Below are positions 36,660 to 45,918 of a stretch of 64,000 nucleotides of DNA, piece after piece. This DNA comes from Polyangiaceae bacterium (lineage in GTDB: Bacteria > Myxococcota_A > Polyangia > Polyangiales > Polyangiaceae), in NCBI GenBank assembly GCA_044376115.1, contig JBILLK010000026.1:82461-146460 (forward strand), in the 5' to 3' direction. Made by a program: the position numbers and the translations under genes. Under the pieces are notes generated by a model. The model saw only the letters and a program-made list of their open reading frames with translations. It searched no databases and had not been told where the DNA came from. Within the stretch, counting starts at the first letter, position 1, and every line of letters starts with the position of its first letter.

Positions 36660-39600
36660 CGAACCACTCCTTGTGCCGAAGACTTACCGCGCTTGCGCAA
36701 GAACGCTGCGGCGCTCAGACCAGCGAGCCAAGCCCACGCCGAGCCATTGGAACGAAGACCGCCGGGTGCGAGCGAGCAATCTTCGACAGCAGGCGGATCT
36801 CCCGGTGGCTCAGCGCACTCATTGTTGGCTTGGCAAACCAAGCCTTCGACGCAATCGTCGATCGACTCACAACGGTCGAGACAGCGGGCGTTGGCGCAGC
36901 GGAAGGGCGCACATTCGCTGGTGCTACCGTCCGGGTTGGTGAGCGTGTCTTCGTCGGCGCAGGAGGCCTCCTCGACCACGGCGCAGGTACCATCCACGCG
37001 ACAAATCGCCTGGCCCGCGCACTCCTCGGAGGTCTCACACGACTCGCGGCAGCGTTCGCCGTTGCCGTCACAGTCGTAGTCCCCACACTCGAGCTCGCCG
37101 GCCTCGCAAACACCGTTCGGCCCGCACAGCCCCGAGGACTGGATGCCCGCGCTGCAGGTGGCGTCGGAGCAGACCTGCTCCGGGTCGTAATCACATTCAT
37201 CGGCCTGCGAGCCGCAGACACCGGCACAACCGTTCTCGCCTGGGCAAGGACCGCGGTCACCCACCGGTGCGCCTTGAGCTTGTGAGCACGTACCTTCGAA
37301 GCCGGGCAGGTTGCAGGCCTGACAGATGCCATCGCAGGACGATGAGCAGCAGAAGCCGTCGACACAATCCCCCGATTCACACTGACGATCCCGATCGCAA
37401 GTCCCGCCAGTGGCCTTCTGCTCCACGCAGGCGTTCGCATTGCAGAAGAAGTCCTCGGAGCACTGATTGTCCTGCTGGCAGTTGGTCCTGCAGGTGATCT
37501 CATCCGCCGCGCATACGTAGCCGTTGCAGGAGTCGATGCCGTCGACGCTGATCTGACCGAGCTGACAGACGAGCTCCAAGACCACGGCCTCGGTGCACTG
37601 CGTGCCGAACGGCGCGTCATTCGGTCGCACGCCACACTCGCCTTGCGCGAGATTGCTGTCGGCGTGGTCGGCTTGGTAACAAGAGCTGCAACCGTCGGTG
37701 CAGGACTCATTGCAGCAGATGCTCGGCCCGTTGTTGGAGTAGCAGTTGTTGAACAAACACTCGCCGTCTTGGTCGCACGGATCACCGTTCAAACGCGCGA
37801 GGAACTCGGCTTGGATGGCGGCCGAGACATCGACCGCGCCGGTGCCCGGCGAATCCGGCGTACCACCAACACCGCCGCCAATCACGATCGCCTTACCGGA
37901 GATCAGCCGCGTGGCCGTGTGGAAGTTGCGCGCCTTCTTCATCGTGGTGGAAAGCGCATCGACGAAGTCCCCCGTGGTCTGATCGAACACCTCGGCGTTG
38001 CTCAGCACCGAGCTCGCGTTGACGCCGCCAGTGATCAGTACCTTGCCCTCTCCGAGCAGCTTGGTCGCACCGTGGAAGGCGCGCGGGTTCAACATCGTCA
38101 CCGAGGTCTGCACGAAGGTGCCGGCAGCTCCGTTGGGCTGGAAAAGATCGATGGTTTGGGAGTAGAGACCGGCTGCGTTTTTGCCGCCGACGATCAACAC
38201 GCGACCGTCCTCGAGCAGCGTGGCGGTGGCGCCGACGCGCACCGCCGAGAGCTGGGAGTTGGGTCCGCTGAGCGCGGTGAAGCTGTCGGTGGTTGGATCG
38301 AAGATTTCAGCAGACTGCTCGGCTCCGAGCGTGCCGAGCCCGCCTGCCACGAGCACGCGCGGGTTGGCGCCAACAACGCCCGGGACGCCGAGCGCCTCCG
38401 CCACGTGGAAGCGGCGCCGCTTGTTGTTGGCCAGCGGGATCGGCGCAGAGAGCGCATTGGTGACCGGGTTGTAGACCTGAGCGGAGCTGGGGCTGTTGCC
38501 GTCTTCACCGCCGATCACCAGCACGCGACCGTCAATGAGGAAGGTGCTGGAGTGACCGAAACGCCCGGCCGAAAGCGAGAAGGGCACACTGTCGAAGGTG
38601 CCGGTAGCAACGTCGAAGATACTGACCACGTTGGACGCGACGTTGGAGGCCCGCGTATCGCGACCACCGGTCAAGAGCACCTTGTTGACGCCGGGCAGGA
38701 AGGTCTCGGCGTGTTGGCCGCGCGCGTTCGGCATCGAAGCGCCGACCGCGAACGATACACCGCCCGGGCAGATGTTGGTCTCTGGGCAGAGCAGCTCGGT
38801 GGGCGCGACGGCGAGGCCGCTATTGCTCGCGTCGAAACCACCGGCGACGAGCACGGTGCCGTCGTCGAGCGAGGTGGAGGTGTGGTGCGTTCGCGCGGTG
38901 GCCATCACGGCGGTGACCTGCCAATCGGGGTCCACCAGCACCGGATGAGGCAGCGCGGTGTCGTAGGAGATGACCACCTCGCACGAGCTCGCTCCGGGCG
39001 AAGTCAGCGGGCGGCCCCAGGGAGCACGCACGTCGCGATCCACCGCGCAGCCGTGCACGGTGGTCGTCGCCGGGCTCACCCGACCGTCCGCATCCACCAC
39101 GAACGGCGCGGCGATACGAACGCGGGGAGCCCCGTGTGCGTCCAAAAATTCGACCACGCCGGAGACCTGCCGCAAGCCGGCGATGCCCTCGAGCTCCACC
39201 GTGTAACGCAAGCCGTCTTGCAGCGCCGCTTCAGCGATCACGAAGTCTTCAACGCCCGCTGGTTGGGCGACCAAAAAGCGCTGGGCCGCCTTGGCGATGC
39301 CCGCGTCCATCAGCAAAACACCGTCCTCGAGCGCGGGCGGCTGCACGTCACCAGCAGCAGCTTCGGCCAGCCGGAAGCTCACGCTTGAGCCGCTTTGCTT
39401 GTGACGCAGGCTGGTGGTGGTTCCTTGACTGCGCACCTGGAACAGCGAGCTATCCCACGCAAACCCCGTCGTCTGACGCGACCACTCTCCGCTCGATCGC
39501 AAGAGCGCTGCACCGAAGCGGGTGCGCGCGTTCGCTAGAGCCTCCGCAGTAGCTTCGTTGGGAAGCGAGGGGGGAGCACCTGTTCCGTCGGGCAGCTCCG

Positions 39601-39712
39601 AATCAGGCTCACAACCCGAAAGCGAGAGCAGCCCGAGAGCAACTCCGAGCGGCCGAAAGAAAGCAACCGGGGACAACGGCGCAGAAGCTGAGATCCGAGT
39701 GATGAATCGCAC
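36656..39712 (-). CDS. Kelch-repeat surface protein with Cys-rich stalk and MYXO-CTERM-like tail
   Basis: Lipobox LSGC; N-domain GVEDF...VDADGR...PVLVDP; RxxHxxTxLxDGxVLxxGG repeats; CVDGFCC modules; EDCSL + TM helix + RKR. Confidence 0.88.
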   Translation of the reverse strand: MRFITRISASAPLSPVAFFRPLGVALGLLSLSGCEPDSELPDGTGAPPSLPNEATAEALANARTRFGAALLRSSGEWSRQTTGFAWDSSLFQVRSQGTTTSLRHKQSGSSVSFRLAEAAAGDVQPPALEDGVLLMDAGIAKAAQRFLVAQPAGVEDFVIAEAALQDGLRYTVELEGIAGLRQVSGVVEFLDAHGAPRVRIAAPFVVDADGRVSPATTTVHGCAVDRDVRAPWGRPLTSPGASSCEVVISYDTALPHPVLVDPDWQVTAVMATARTHHTSTSLDDGTVLVAGGFDASNSGLAVAPTELLCPETNICPGGVSFAVGASMPNARGQHAETFLPGVNKVLLTGGRDTRASNVASNVVSIFDVATGTFDSVPFSLSAGRFGHSSTFLIDGRVLVIGGEDGNSPSSAQVYNPVTNALSAPIPLANNKRRRFHVAEALGVPGVVGANPRVLVAGGLGTLGAEQSAEIFDPTTDSFTALSGPNSQLSAVRVGATATLLEDGRVLIVGGKNAAGLYSQTIDLFQPNGAAGTFVQTSVTMLNPRAFHGATKLLGEGKVLITGGVNASSVLSNAEVFDQTTGDFVDALSTTMKKARNFHTATRLISGKAIVIGGGVGGTPDSPGTGAVDVSAAIQAEFLARLNGDPCDQDGECLFNNCYSNNGPSICCNESCTDGCSSCYQADHADSNLAQGECGVRPNDAPFGTQCTEAVVLELVCQLGQISVDGIDSCNGYVCAADEITCRTNCQQDNQCSEDFFCNANACVEQKATGGTCDRDRQCESGDCVDGFCCSSSCDGICQACNLPGFEGTCSQAQGAPVGDRGPCPGENGCAGVCGSQADECDYDPEQVCSDATCSAGIQSSGLCGPNGVCEAGELECGDYDCDGNGERCRESCETSEECAGQAICRVDGTCAVVEEASCADEDTLTNPDGSTSECAPFRCANARCLDRCESIDDCVEGLVCQANNECAEPPGDPPAVEDCSLAPGGLRSNGSAWAWLAGLSAAAFLRKRGKSSAQGVVR

Positions 39713-39823
39713 GCGACGAAGCTATCAGATCGACAGCAATCGTTTGCCAATTACCTGGCGAACAGGAATGATGGGCCGATGAACCTCGGCTCCTTGCGGG
39801 CCGGGTCTTGAAGGAGCTTCTTC

Positions 39824-42800
39824 ATGCGACGCCTACGCCACAGCCTCGCGGGCAGCGGTCTGCTCACGGCATTCGTTGGGATCTTCACACTCGCTGGCTG
39901 CGACGAGTCGGCGAGCCAACCCGAGGACCTCGCTGAGCAGGTTGAACCCGGCGCTCGTTTGCCAGCGGGTGAAGAGGTCAAGCAGCCGTCGCTCAGCCCG
40001 GCTGAGGTTGCTACCAACGTCGCTCCCAAGCCGAAGACCAATACGTCCTTGCCCGAGCCGCCCCAGGTCAACGCCGTGCTTGGTGCCGCTTGCGTGACCA
40101 ACGCGGACTGCCCCGGCGCCTGCGAGGTCTGCGATACCGTCACCACCAACACCTGCGTTGCAAGGCCGGCCAGCTTCGAGTGTCGCGCCAGCGCTGGCGC
40201 CTGTGACGTCGCCGAGAACTGCTCCGGAGCCTCGGCAACTTGCCCCGCCGATACCTTCGTCGCCGCATCCACCGAGTGCCGCGCCAGCGCGGGCGCTTGT
40301 GACGTCGCTGAGGTTTGCTCCGGCGCAGGGCCCACCTGCCCCGCAGACGTTCTCGCGCCCGCGGCTACCCAATGCCGCGCCGCCGCCGGAACTTGTGACG
40401 TCGCCGAGGTATGCAACGGTGCATCGCCCACCTGCCCCGCAGACGTTCTCGCGCCTGCCGCTACTCAATGCCGCGCCGCTGCGGGGGATTGCGACGTCGC
40501 CGAGGTATGCAACGGTGCATCGCCCGCCTGCCCCACAGACGCTCTCGCGCCTGCCGCTACTCAATGCCGCGCCGCTGCGGGGGATTGCGACGTCGCCGAG
40601 GTATGCAACGGTGCATCGCCCGCTTGCCCAGCCAACGGCTTTGTGGCCGCCGCAACGCAATGTCGAGCCAGCGCCGGAGATTGCGACGTCGCCGAGGTAT
40701 GTAGCGGCTCAGCAGCCGCCTGCCCGGCGGACGGATTTGCTTCCGCCGTAACCCAATGCCGCGTGGCCGCTGGCCCGTGCGACGTCCCAGAGAATTGCAA
40801 CGGCACAACGGCTACCTGCCCGACCAACGGCTTCGCTTCCGCTGCAACCGAGTGTCGCGCCGCCACCGGCCTGTGCGACGTCGCCGAGAATTGCACCGGC
40901 TCCGCCGCCACCTGCCCCAACAACGGCTTCGCTTCGGCAGCCACGGTTTGTCGAGCCTCGGCAGGCCCTTGCGATCTCAGCGAGACCTGCCCCGGCAACA
41001 ACGCCAACTGCCCGGCCAACAATTTCGTCACAGGCGGGACCGAATGCCGGGCCTCCGCAGGAATCTGCGACGTGGCGGAGGTTTGCAGCGGCTCGACGGC
41101 GCCCTGCCCCACCGATGTCTTCCTCGCCTCCGGAACCATCTGTCGCGCGGATGTTGGCGCCTGCGACATCGTTGAAGAATGCACCGGCAGCGCAGCCACC
41201 TGCCCAGCGGATGTGGTCGAGCCTTCAACCACGCAATGCCGCGCATCAGGCGGTGTGTGTGACGTCGCTGAGTTCTGCAACGGCACCACCAACGCCTGCC
41301 CTGGCAACGCCTTCCAGCCCGCGAGCACCGAGTGCCGCGCCTCTGCAGGCCCGTGCGATCTGGCCGAGAACTGCAGCGGCAGCGGCGCTGCCTGCCCGGC
41401 CAACGTCTTTAGGCCCTCAAGCTTTCAGTGCGGCAGCTCCTCGGGTCTATGCGATCTCGACGACTTCTGCACCGGCAGCACCGCCCCCTGCAACGACGCG
41501 CTGCGCCCGGCGAGCTTCGAGTGCCGCATGGAAGCCGGCGTGTGCGACATCTCCGAGTTCTGCACCGGAAGCGGCAAACAATGCCCGACCGACGCTCGCG
41601 AGCCTGCCACAACCGTCTGCCGCATCTCGGCGCAACAATGCGACCAGACCGAAAACTGCGATGGCACCGGGGTGAACTGCCCCACCGACATCCCCGTTCC
41701 GTTCGGCACCGCTTGCAATGATGGAGACAACATCTGTACGCCGACCGACGCCTGCGAGGACTTCGTCTGCGTCGGCGCCGATGTGGACGACGACACCATC
41801 GGTGACGCCTGCGACAACTGCCTGAACACCCCCAACACCAACCAAGCCAACCCGGACATGGATCTGTTCGGGACGGCTTGTGACAACTGCCCCAACAACT
41901 CCAACTCGGATCAGTCGGACGTGGACGGGGATCTCGACGGCGACGTATGTGACAACTGCCCCAATACGCCCGACGACACGCAGCTCGACACCGATGGCGA
42001 CAACCGCGGCGACGTCTGCGACAACTGTCCGAACGACGACAACTTCGATCAGGCGAACAACGACGGGGACACGCAAGGGGACGTCTGCGACAACAACGAC
42101 GACAACGACGCTGTGCCGGACGCGACCGACAACTGCCAGTTCATCGCCAACGATCAGAGCGATCTCGACATGGACGACGTCGGCGATCTTTGTGATCCCG
42201 ACATCGACGGCGACGGGCTCTCCAACACGCTGGAGGAGAACTTCCTCAACACCAACCCGCTCAACACCGACACCGACGGTGATGGCATCCCCGACGACTA
42301 CGAGGTTGGTGCAGATACAGCGAACCCGCTGCAATCGGACAACGACGGGACGATCGACGCGCTCGACCAAGACAGCGACAACGACACCCACAGCGACTCG
42401 GAAGAGAGCGGCGGAGTGTTCCCGCCGATCGACACCGACGACGACGGCATCGACAACTACCGCGACCTCGACTCCGACGGCGATGAGGACCTCGATGCGG
42501 TGGACAACTGCATCTTGTTCTTCAATCCCAACCAGGAGAACAGCGACAAGAACCCCGCGGGAGACGCCTGCCAAGACGACATCGACGGGGACACCTTCCA
42601 GGACGACGTCGACAACTGCCCCACCGTCTTCAACGACCAGACCGACACCGATGGCGATCTCGAGGGCGATGCCTGCGATGCCGACGACGACAACGACGGC
42701 GTGCTCGACCTCGAGCCCGACAACTGTCCGCTCCAAGCCAACGACGAACAACTCGACCTCGACAAGGATGGCCTCGGCGACGTTTGCGACGACGATGATG

Positions 42801-43333
42801 ACGACGACGGTGTGAACGACCTCGAGGACAACTGCCCCGAGCTCGCCAACGACCAGGCCGACATCGATGAAGACGGCATCGGCGATGCCTGCGACAGCAA
42901 CAACGACGCTGACGCAGACAAAGACGGCGTCCTCGATGACGTGGACAACTGCGTGGACGACGCGAACACCGAGCAAGAAGACAAAGACAAGGACAACATC
43001 GGGGACGCTTGCGACCCCGACAACGACAACGACGGCACCAACGACGACGTCGACAATTGCCCGGAGCTCGCCAACGCCGACCAGCTCGACACCGACAAGG
43101 ACGAGATCGGTGACCTTTGCGACAACGATGACGACGGTGACGGCAAAGATGACGCTGACGACGAGTGCCCGCTCGACGTCGATCCCAACTGTGGTGGCAA
43201 GCCCACCGTCCCCGGCGAGGGTGGCGGCTGCAATTGCGCAACCACCGGCAACGGAACCACTGGCGGCTTCTTGCTAGCGCTCGGGTTGGCGCTCGCGTTC
43301 GCTTCGCGACGTCAGCGCCGCCGAGCTGCGTGA
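39824..43333 (+). CDS. MYXO-CTERM surface protein with 16 disintegrin-like repeats and thrombospondin type-3 repeats
   Basis: AAGGAG RBS; lipobox LAGC; 16 x 32-aa Cys repeats; DxDxDGxGDxCDNCP repeats; GGGCNC + TM helix + RRQRRR. Confidence 0.92.
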   Translation: MRRLRHSLAGSGLLTAFVGIFTLAGCDESASQPEDLAEQVEPGARLPAGEEVKQPSLSPAEVATNVAPKPKTNTSLPEPPQVNAVLGAACVTNADCPGACEVCDTVTTNTCVARPASFECRASAGACDVAENCSGASATCPADTFVAASTECRASAGACDVAEVCSGAGPTCPADVLAPAATQCRAAAGTCDVAEVCNGASPTCPADVLAPAATQCRAAAGDCDVAEVCNGASPACPTDALAPAATQCRAAAGDCDVAEVCNGASPACPANGFVAAATQCRASAGDCDVAEVCSGSAAACPADGFASAVTQCRVAAGPCDVPENCNGTTATCPTNGFASAATECRAATGLCDVAENCTGSAATCPNNGFASAATVCRASAGPCDLSETCPGNNANCPANNFVTGGTECRASAGICDVAEVCSGSTAPCPTDVFLASGTICRADVGACDIVEECTGSAATCPADVVEPSTTQCRASGGVCDVAEFCNGTTNACPGNAFQPASTECRASAGPCDLAENCSGSGAACPANVFRPSSFQCGSSSGLCDLDDFCTGSTAPCNDALRPASFECRMEAGVCDISEFCTGSGKQCPTDAREPATTVCRISAQQCDQTENCDGTGVNCPTDIPVPFGTACNDGDNICTPTDACEDFVCVGADVDDDTIGDACDNCLNTPNTNQANPDMDLFGTACDNCPNNSNSDQSDVDGDLDGDVCDNCPNTPDDTQLDTDGDNRGDVCDNCPNDDNFDQANNDGDTQGDVCDNNDDNDAVPDATDNCQFIANDQSDLDMDDVGDLCDPDIDGDGLSNTLEENFLNTNPLNTDTDGDGIPDDYEVGADTANPLQSDNDGTIDALDQDSDNDTHSDSEESGGVFPPIDTDDDGIDNYRDLDSDGDEDLDAVDNCILFFNPNQENSDKNPAGDACQDDIDGDTFQDDVDNCPTVFNDQTDTDGDLEGDACDADDDNDGVLDLEPDNCPLQANDEQLDLDKDGLGDVCDDDDDDDGVNDLEDNCPELANDQADIDEDGIGDACDSNNDADADKDGVLDDVDNCVDDANTEQEDKDKDNIGDACDPDNDNDGTNDDVDNCPELANADQLDTDKDEIGDLCDNDDDGDGKDDADDECPLDVDPNCGGKPTVPGEGGGCNCATTGNGTTGGFLLALGLALAFASRRQRRRAA

Positions 43334-43375
43334 TTGCCTCCTTCACGACCTGTTGACGAAGAGACCAACTGCACG

Positions 43376-45187
43376 ATGTGTTCGAAAGCGTTACGACGTT
43401 CCTTGGGCATCCTCTCGATCGGCACCGCGCTCGCTGCGACGAGCGCGGCCTCAGCCCAGGAGGTGGGTGGGCTCGCCCTGAACCAACTCGATCCAGCGTC
43501 GGCGGGCGATGACTTCATCGCGGTGAACGGCGCACAGACCGACGGCCATTTGGTACCGCGTGCTCATCTGTTGTTCGACTACGCGATCGAACCGCTCTCG
43601 CTTTCGAGCGGCGCGCTCGTCTCCGACCAAGCCTTCTTGCGCTTCAACGGTTCGCTCACCTTGTTCAACCACCTGCTCATCGGCGTCGATGTGCCGGTGG
43701 CGCTATTGCAAGACGGCGATGACCCGCAGGTGGGGCTGTTGACGTTGCAGAGCCCGAGCGGCGTGGAGATGGGCGACGTTCGCTTGGATGTACGCGCCAA
43801 TTTGTACGGCGCTTACCGGGATCCGCTGCAGCTCGCGCTCGGCAGCCGCATCTACTTTCCCACCGGCGGCTCCGACACGCTCACGAGTGACGGTGTGCCG
43901 CGCGTCGAACCGATCGGGAGCGTGGCTGGCCGCATCGGGGGCGAGACGTCCTTCCTTTACGGTGCGCACTTCGGCTGGATGATGCGCGGGCCGCAGGTCC
44001 CGCATAGCGTCGCGTACGGTGCGGGCGCTGGGCTTTCGCTGCTGGATGACGGCCTGCAGTTCAACGCGGAGCTGTTTGGATCGACCTTCATCGGCAGCAA
44101 AGAGCCGCTCGATACCGACATCGTGACGATCGCAGCGCCCACGCGGACGTCGCTCGAGTTCCTCGGATCGGCCAAGGTTCGCGTCCTCGGCGGGGTCGTG
44201 TTCGGCGCCGGCGCGGGGCCGGGCATCACCGACGGCATCGGAACCCCGACCGCACGCGTGATTGGCTTCGTTGGCTGGGCGCCGATGCCCGAGCGCGACC
44301 GCTCCGATGAGGATGACGACGCCGACGGCGTAAAGAATGGCGTGGACGCCTGCATCGGCACCCCCGGCGTAAGCTCCGACGATCCGCGCAAGAACGGCTG
44401 TCCGCCTCCGGATCGCGACAACGACAAGATCAGCGACGCGCTCGACGCGTGCCCCAGTCTGCCCGGCCGGCCCAACGCCGATCCGACGCGCAACGGCTGC
44501 CCCGCGGACTACGACCGCGACGGCATCGCCGATGTCGATGACGCCTGCCCCAATCAAAAGGGCGTCGCGAGCGTGGAGGCCGCACGCAACGGCTGCCCCG
44601 GCGAGCAAGACAGCGATCTCGACGGCGTGGCCGATCGCGAGGACGCCTGCCCGAAGCAAAAGGGCTCGCGCAACATGGACCTGGCCAAGAACGGTTGCCC
44701 CACGCTCGACGGCGACAAGGACGGCATCGCCGACCTCGAGGACGCTTGCCCGAACGAGAAGGGCCTCGCCAACGCGGACAAATCGAAGAACGGCTGCCCG
44801 AAGGACGTGCGCGTCCAACAAGGGGAGATCGTCATTCTCCGCCAGGTTCGCTTCAAGGTTGGAGAGAGCTCCTTGAACGAGACGGTGGATCCGGTTTCGG
44901 ATGACCTTCTAACCGAGGTCCGCAACGTGATCCTCGAGCACCCGGAGATCGAGAAGATCGAAGTGCAAGGCCACGCCGACGACACCGGCACCAAAGAGTT
45001 CAACGAGTCCCTGGCGCAACAACGTGCAGAGGCCGTACGCAGGTGGCTCGTGTCCAAGGGCATCGACGCCAAGCGGCTAGCCGCCAAAGGCTACGGCGCG
45101 CGCGTGCCGATCGACTCGAACACGACCGACGAAGGCCGACAGAAGAATCGGCGCGTGCAGTTCGTCATTACGCAAACGCGGAAGTAA
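43376..45187 (+). CDS. TraB-like OmpA-family protein (beta-barrel, TSP3 repeats, OmpA C-terminal domain)
   Basis: Signal peptide ending ASA; amphipathic beta strands (GDVRLDVR...); DxDxDGIxDxxDACP repeats; IEVQGHAD...LAQQRAEAV...NRRVQF. Confidence 0.9.
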   Translation: MCSKALRRSLGILSIGTALAATSAASAQEVGGLALNQLDPASAGDDFIAVNGAQTDGHLVPRAHLLFDYAIEPLSLSSGALVSDQAFLRFNGSLTLFNHLLIGVDVPVALLQDGDDPQVGLLTLQSPSGVEMGDVRLDVRANLYGAYRDPLQLALGSRIYFPTGGSDTLTSDGVPRVEPIGSVAGRIGGETSFLYGAHFGWMMRGPQVPHSVAYGAGAGLSLLDDGLQFNAELFGSTFIGSKEPLDTDIVTIAAPTRTSLEFLGSAKVRVLGGVVFGAGAGPGITDGIGTPTARVIGFVGWAPMPERDRSDEDDDADGVKNGVDACIGTPGVSSDDPRKNGCPPPDRDNDKISDALDACPSLPGRPNADPTRNGCPADYDRDGIADVDDACPNQKGVASVEAARNGCPGEQDSDLDGVADREDACPKQKGSRNMDLAKNGCPTLDGDKDGIADLEDACPNEKGLANADKSKNGCPKDVRVQQGEIVILRQVRFKVGESSLNETVDPVSDDLLTEVRNVILEHPEIEKIEVQGHADDTGTKEFNESLAQQRAEAVRRWLVSKGIDAKRLAAKGYGARVPIDSNTTDEGRQKNRRVQFVITQTRK

Positions 45188-45189
45188 TC

Positions 45190-45915
45190 ATGCGCAAAGA
45201 ACGAGTGGGCGGTCTCTCCGTTTGGATGGCGGGCGGCAGCGATGGCAATGGCAACGGCGACGGGCCGTCCATCCTCTTGTGTCACGGCTTTGGTGCGCCT
45301 GGCGATGATCTAGCGTCGCTGTGGCGAGCCGTGGACGCTGGTCGAGGCGTACGCTGGTTCTTCCCCGAGGCGCCGGTCTCGCTCGAGGCAATGTTCGGCG
45401 CGCCCGCACGGGCCTGGTGGATGATCGATCTAGCGCGGCTGGATCAAGCGATGCGGTCCGGCCGACGGGATGAGCTCAAGCTCTCGGTGCCTGATGGCAT
45501 GCTCGAGGCGCGCACGGCGCTCGAGAGCTGCATCGCCGAACTCGAGGCCAAACACGGCCTTGAGCGCGAAAGGACCATCATCGGAGGCTTCTCGCAAGGC
45601 GCGATGGTGACCACCGAGCTGGCGCTACATAGTGAAGCGGCGCCTTTCGCCGGCTTGGCGATCTTGTCGGGCACGCTCTTGTGCGAGGAACGCTGGCGCG
45701 CTGCGGCCGCGAACAGCGCATCCAAGCTGCACGTGGTTCAGAGTCATGGCCGACGCGACCCTATCCTCCCCTTTGATCTCGCGCTCGAGCTAAACGAGCT
45801 CCTGAAAGCAAACGGCGCTGACGCCGAGTTCGTTGCTCACGGTGGAGCTCACGAAATCCCGGAGTCAGCGCTCGCAGGGCTAGCCGCTTTGGCGAAGCGG
45901 CGTTTCCCTCAGTAG
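45190..45915 (+). CDS. phospholipase/carboxylesterase family hydrolase
   Basis: CHGFG, FPEAP, GGFSQG, HGRRD, GAHEI. Confidence 0.92.
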   Translation: MRKERVGGLSVWMAGGSDGNGNGDGPSILLCHGFGAPGDDLASLWRAVDAGRGVRWFFPEAPVSLEAMFGAPARAWWMIDLARLDQAMRSGRRDELKLSVPDGMLEARTALESCIAELEAKHGLERERTIIGGFSQGAMVTTELALHSEAAPFAGLAILSGTLLCEERWRAAAANSASKLHVVQSHGRRDPILPFDLALELNELLKANGADAEFVAHGGAHEIPESALAGLAALAKRRFPQ

Positions 45916-45918
45916 CGG

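Noticed and set aside
39735..39750. TTGGCAAACGATTGCT on the minus strand as a sigma54 promoter
   Set aside because: GG-to-GC spacing is 9 bp rather than the required 10.
40181..41713. Regular repeats as a CRISPR array
   Set aside because: They are in-frame 96-bp coding repeats with no unique spacers and no cas genes nearby.
41447..42976. Long antisense ORFs (also 21614-23326, 37643-39388, 43703-44821, 49394-50677)
   Set aside because: Shadow ORFs from high-GC codon bias opposite well-supported genes; no motifs of their own.
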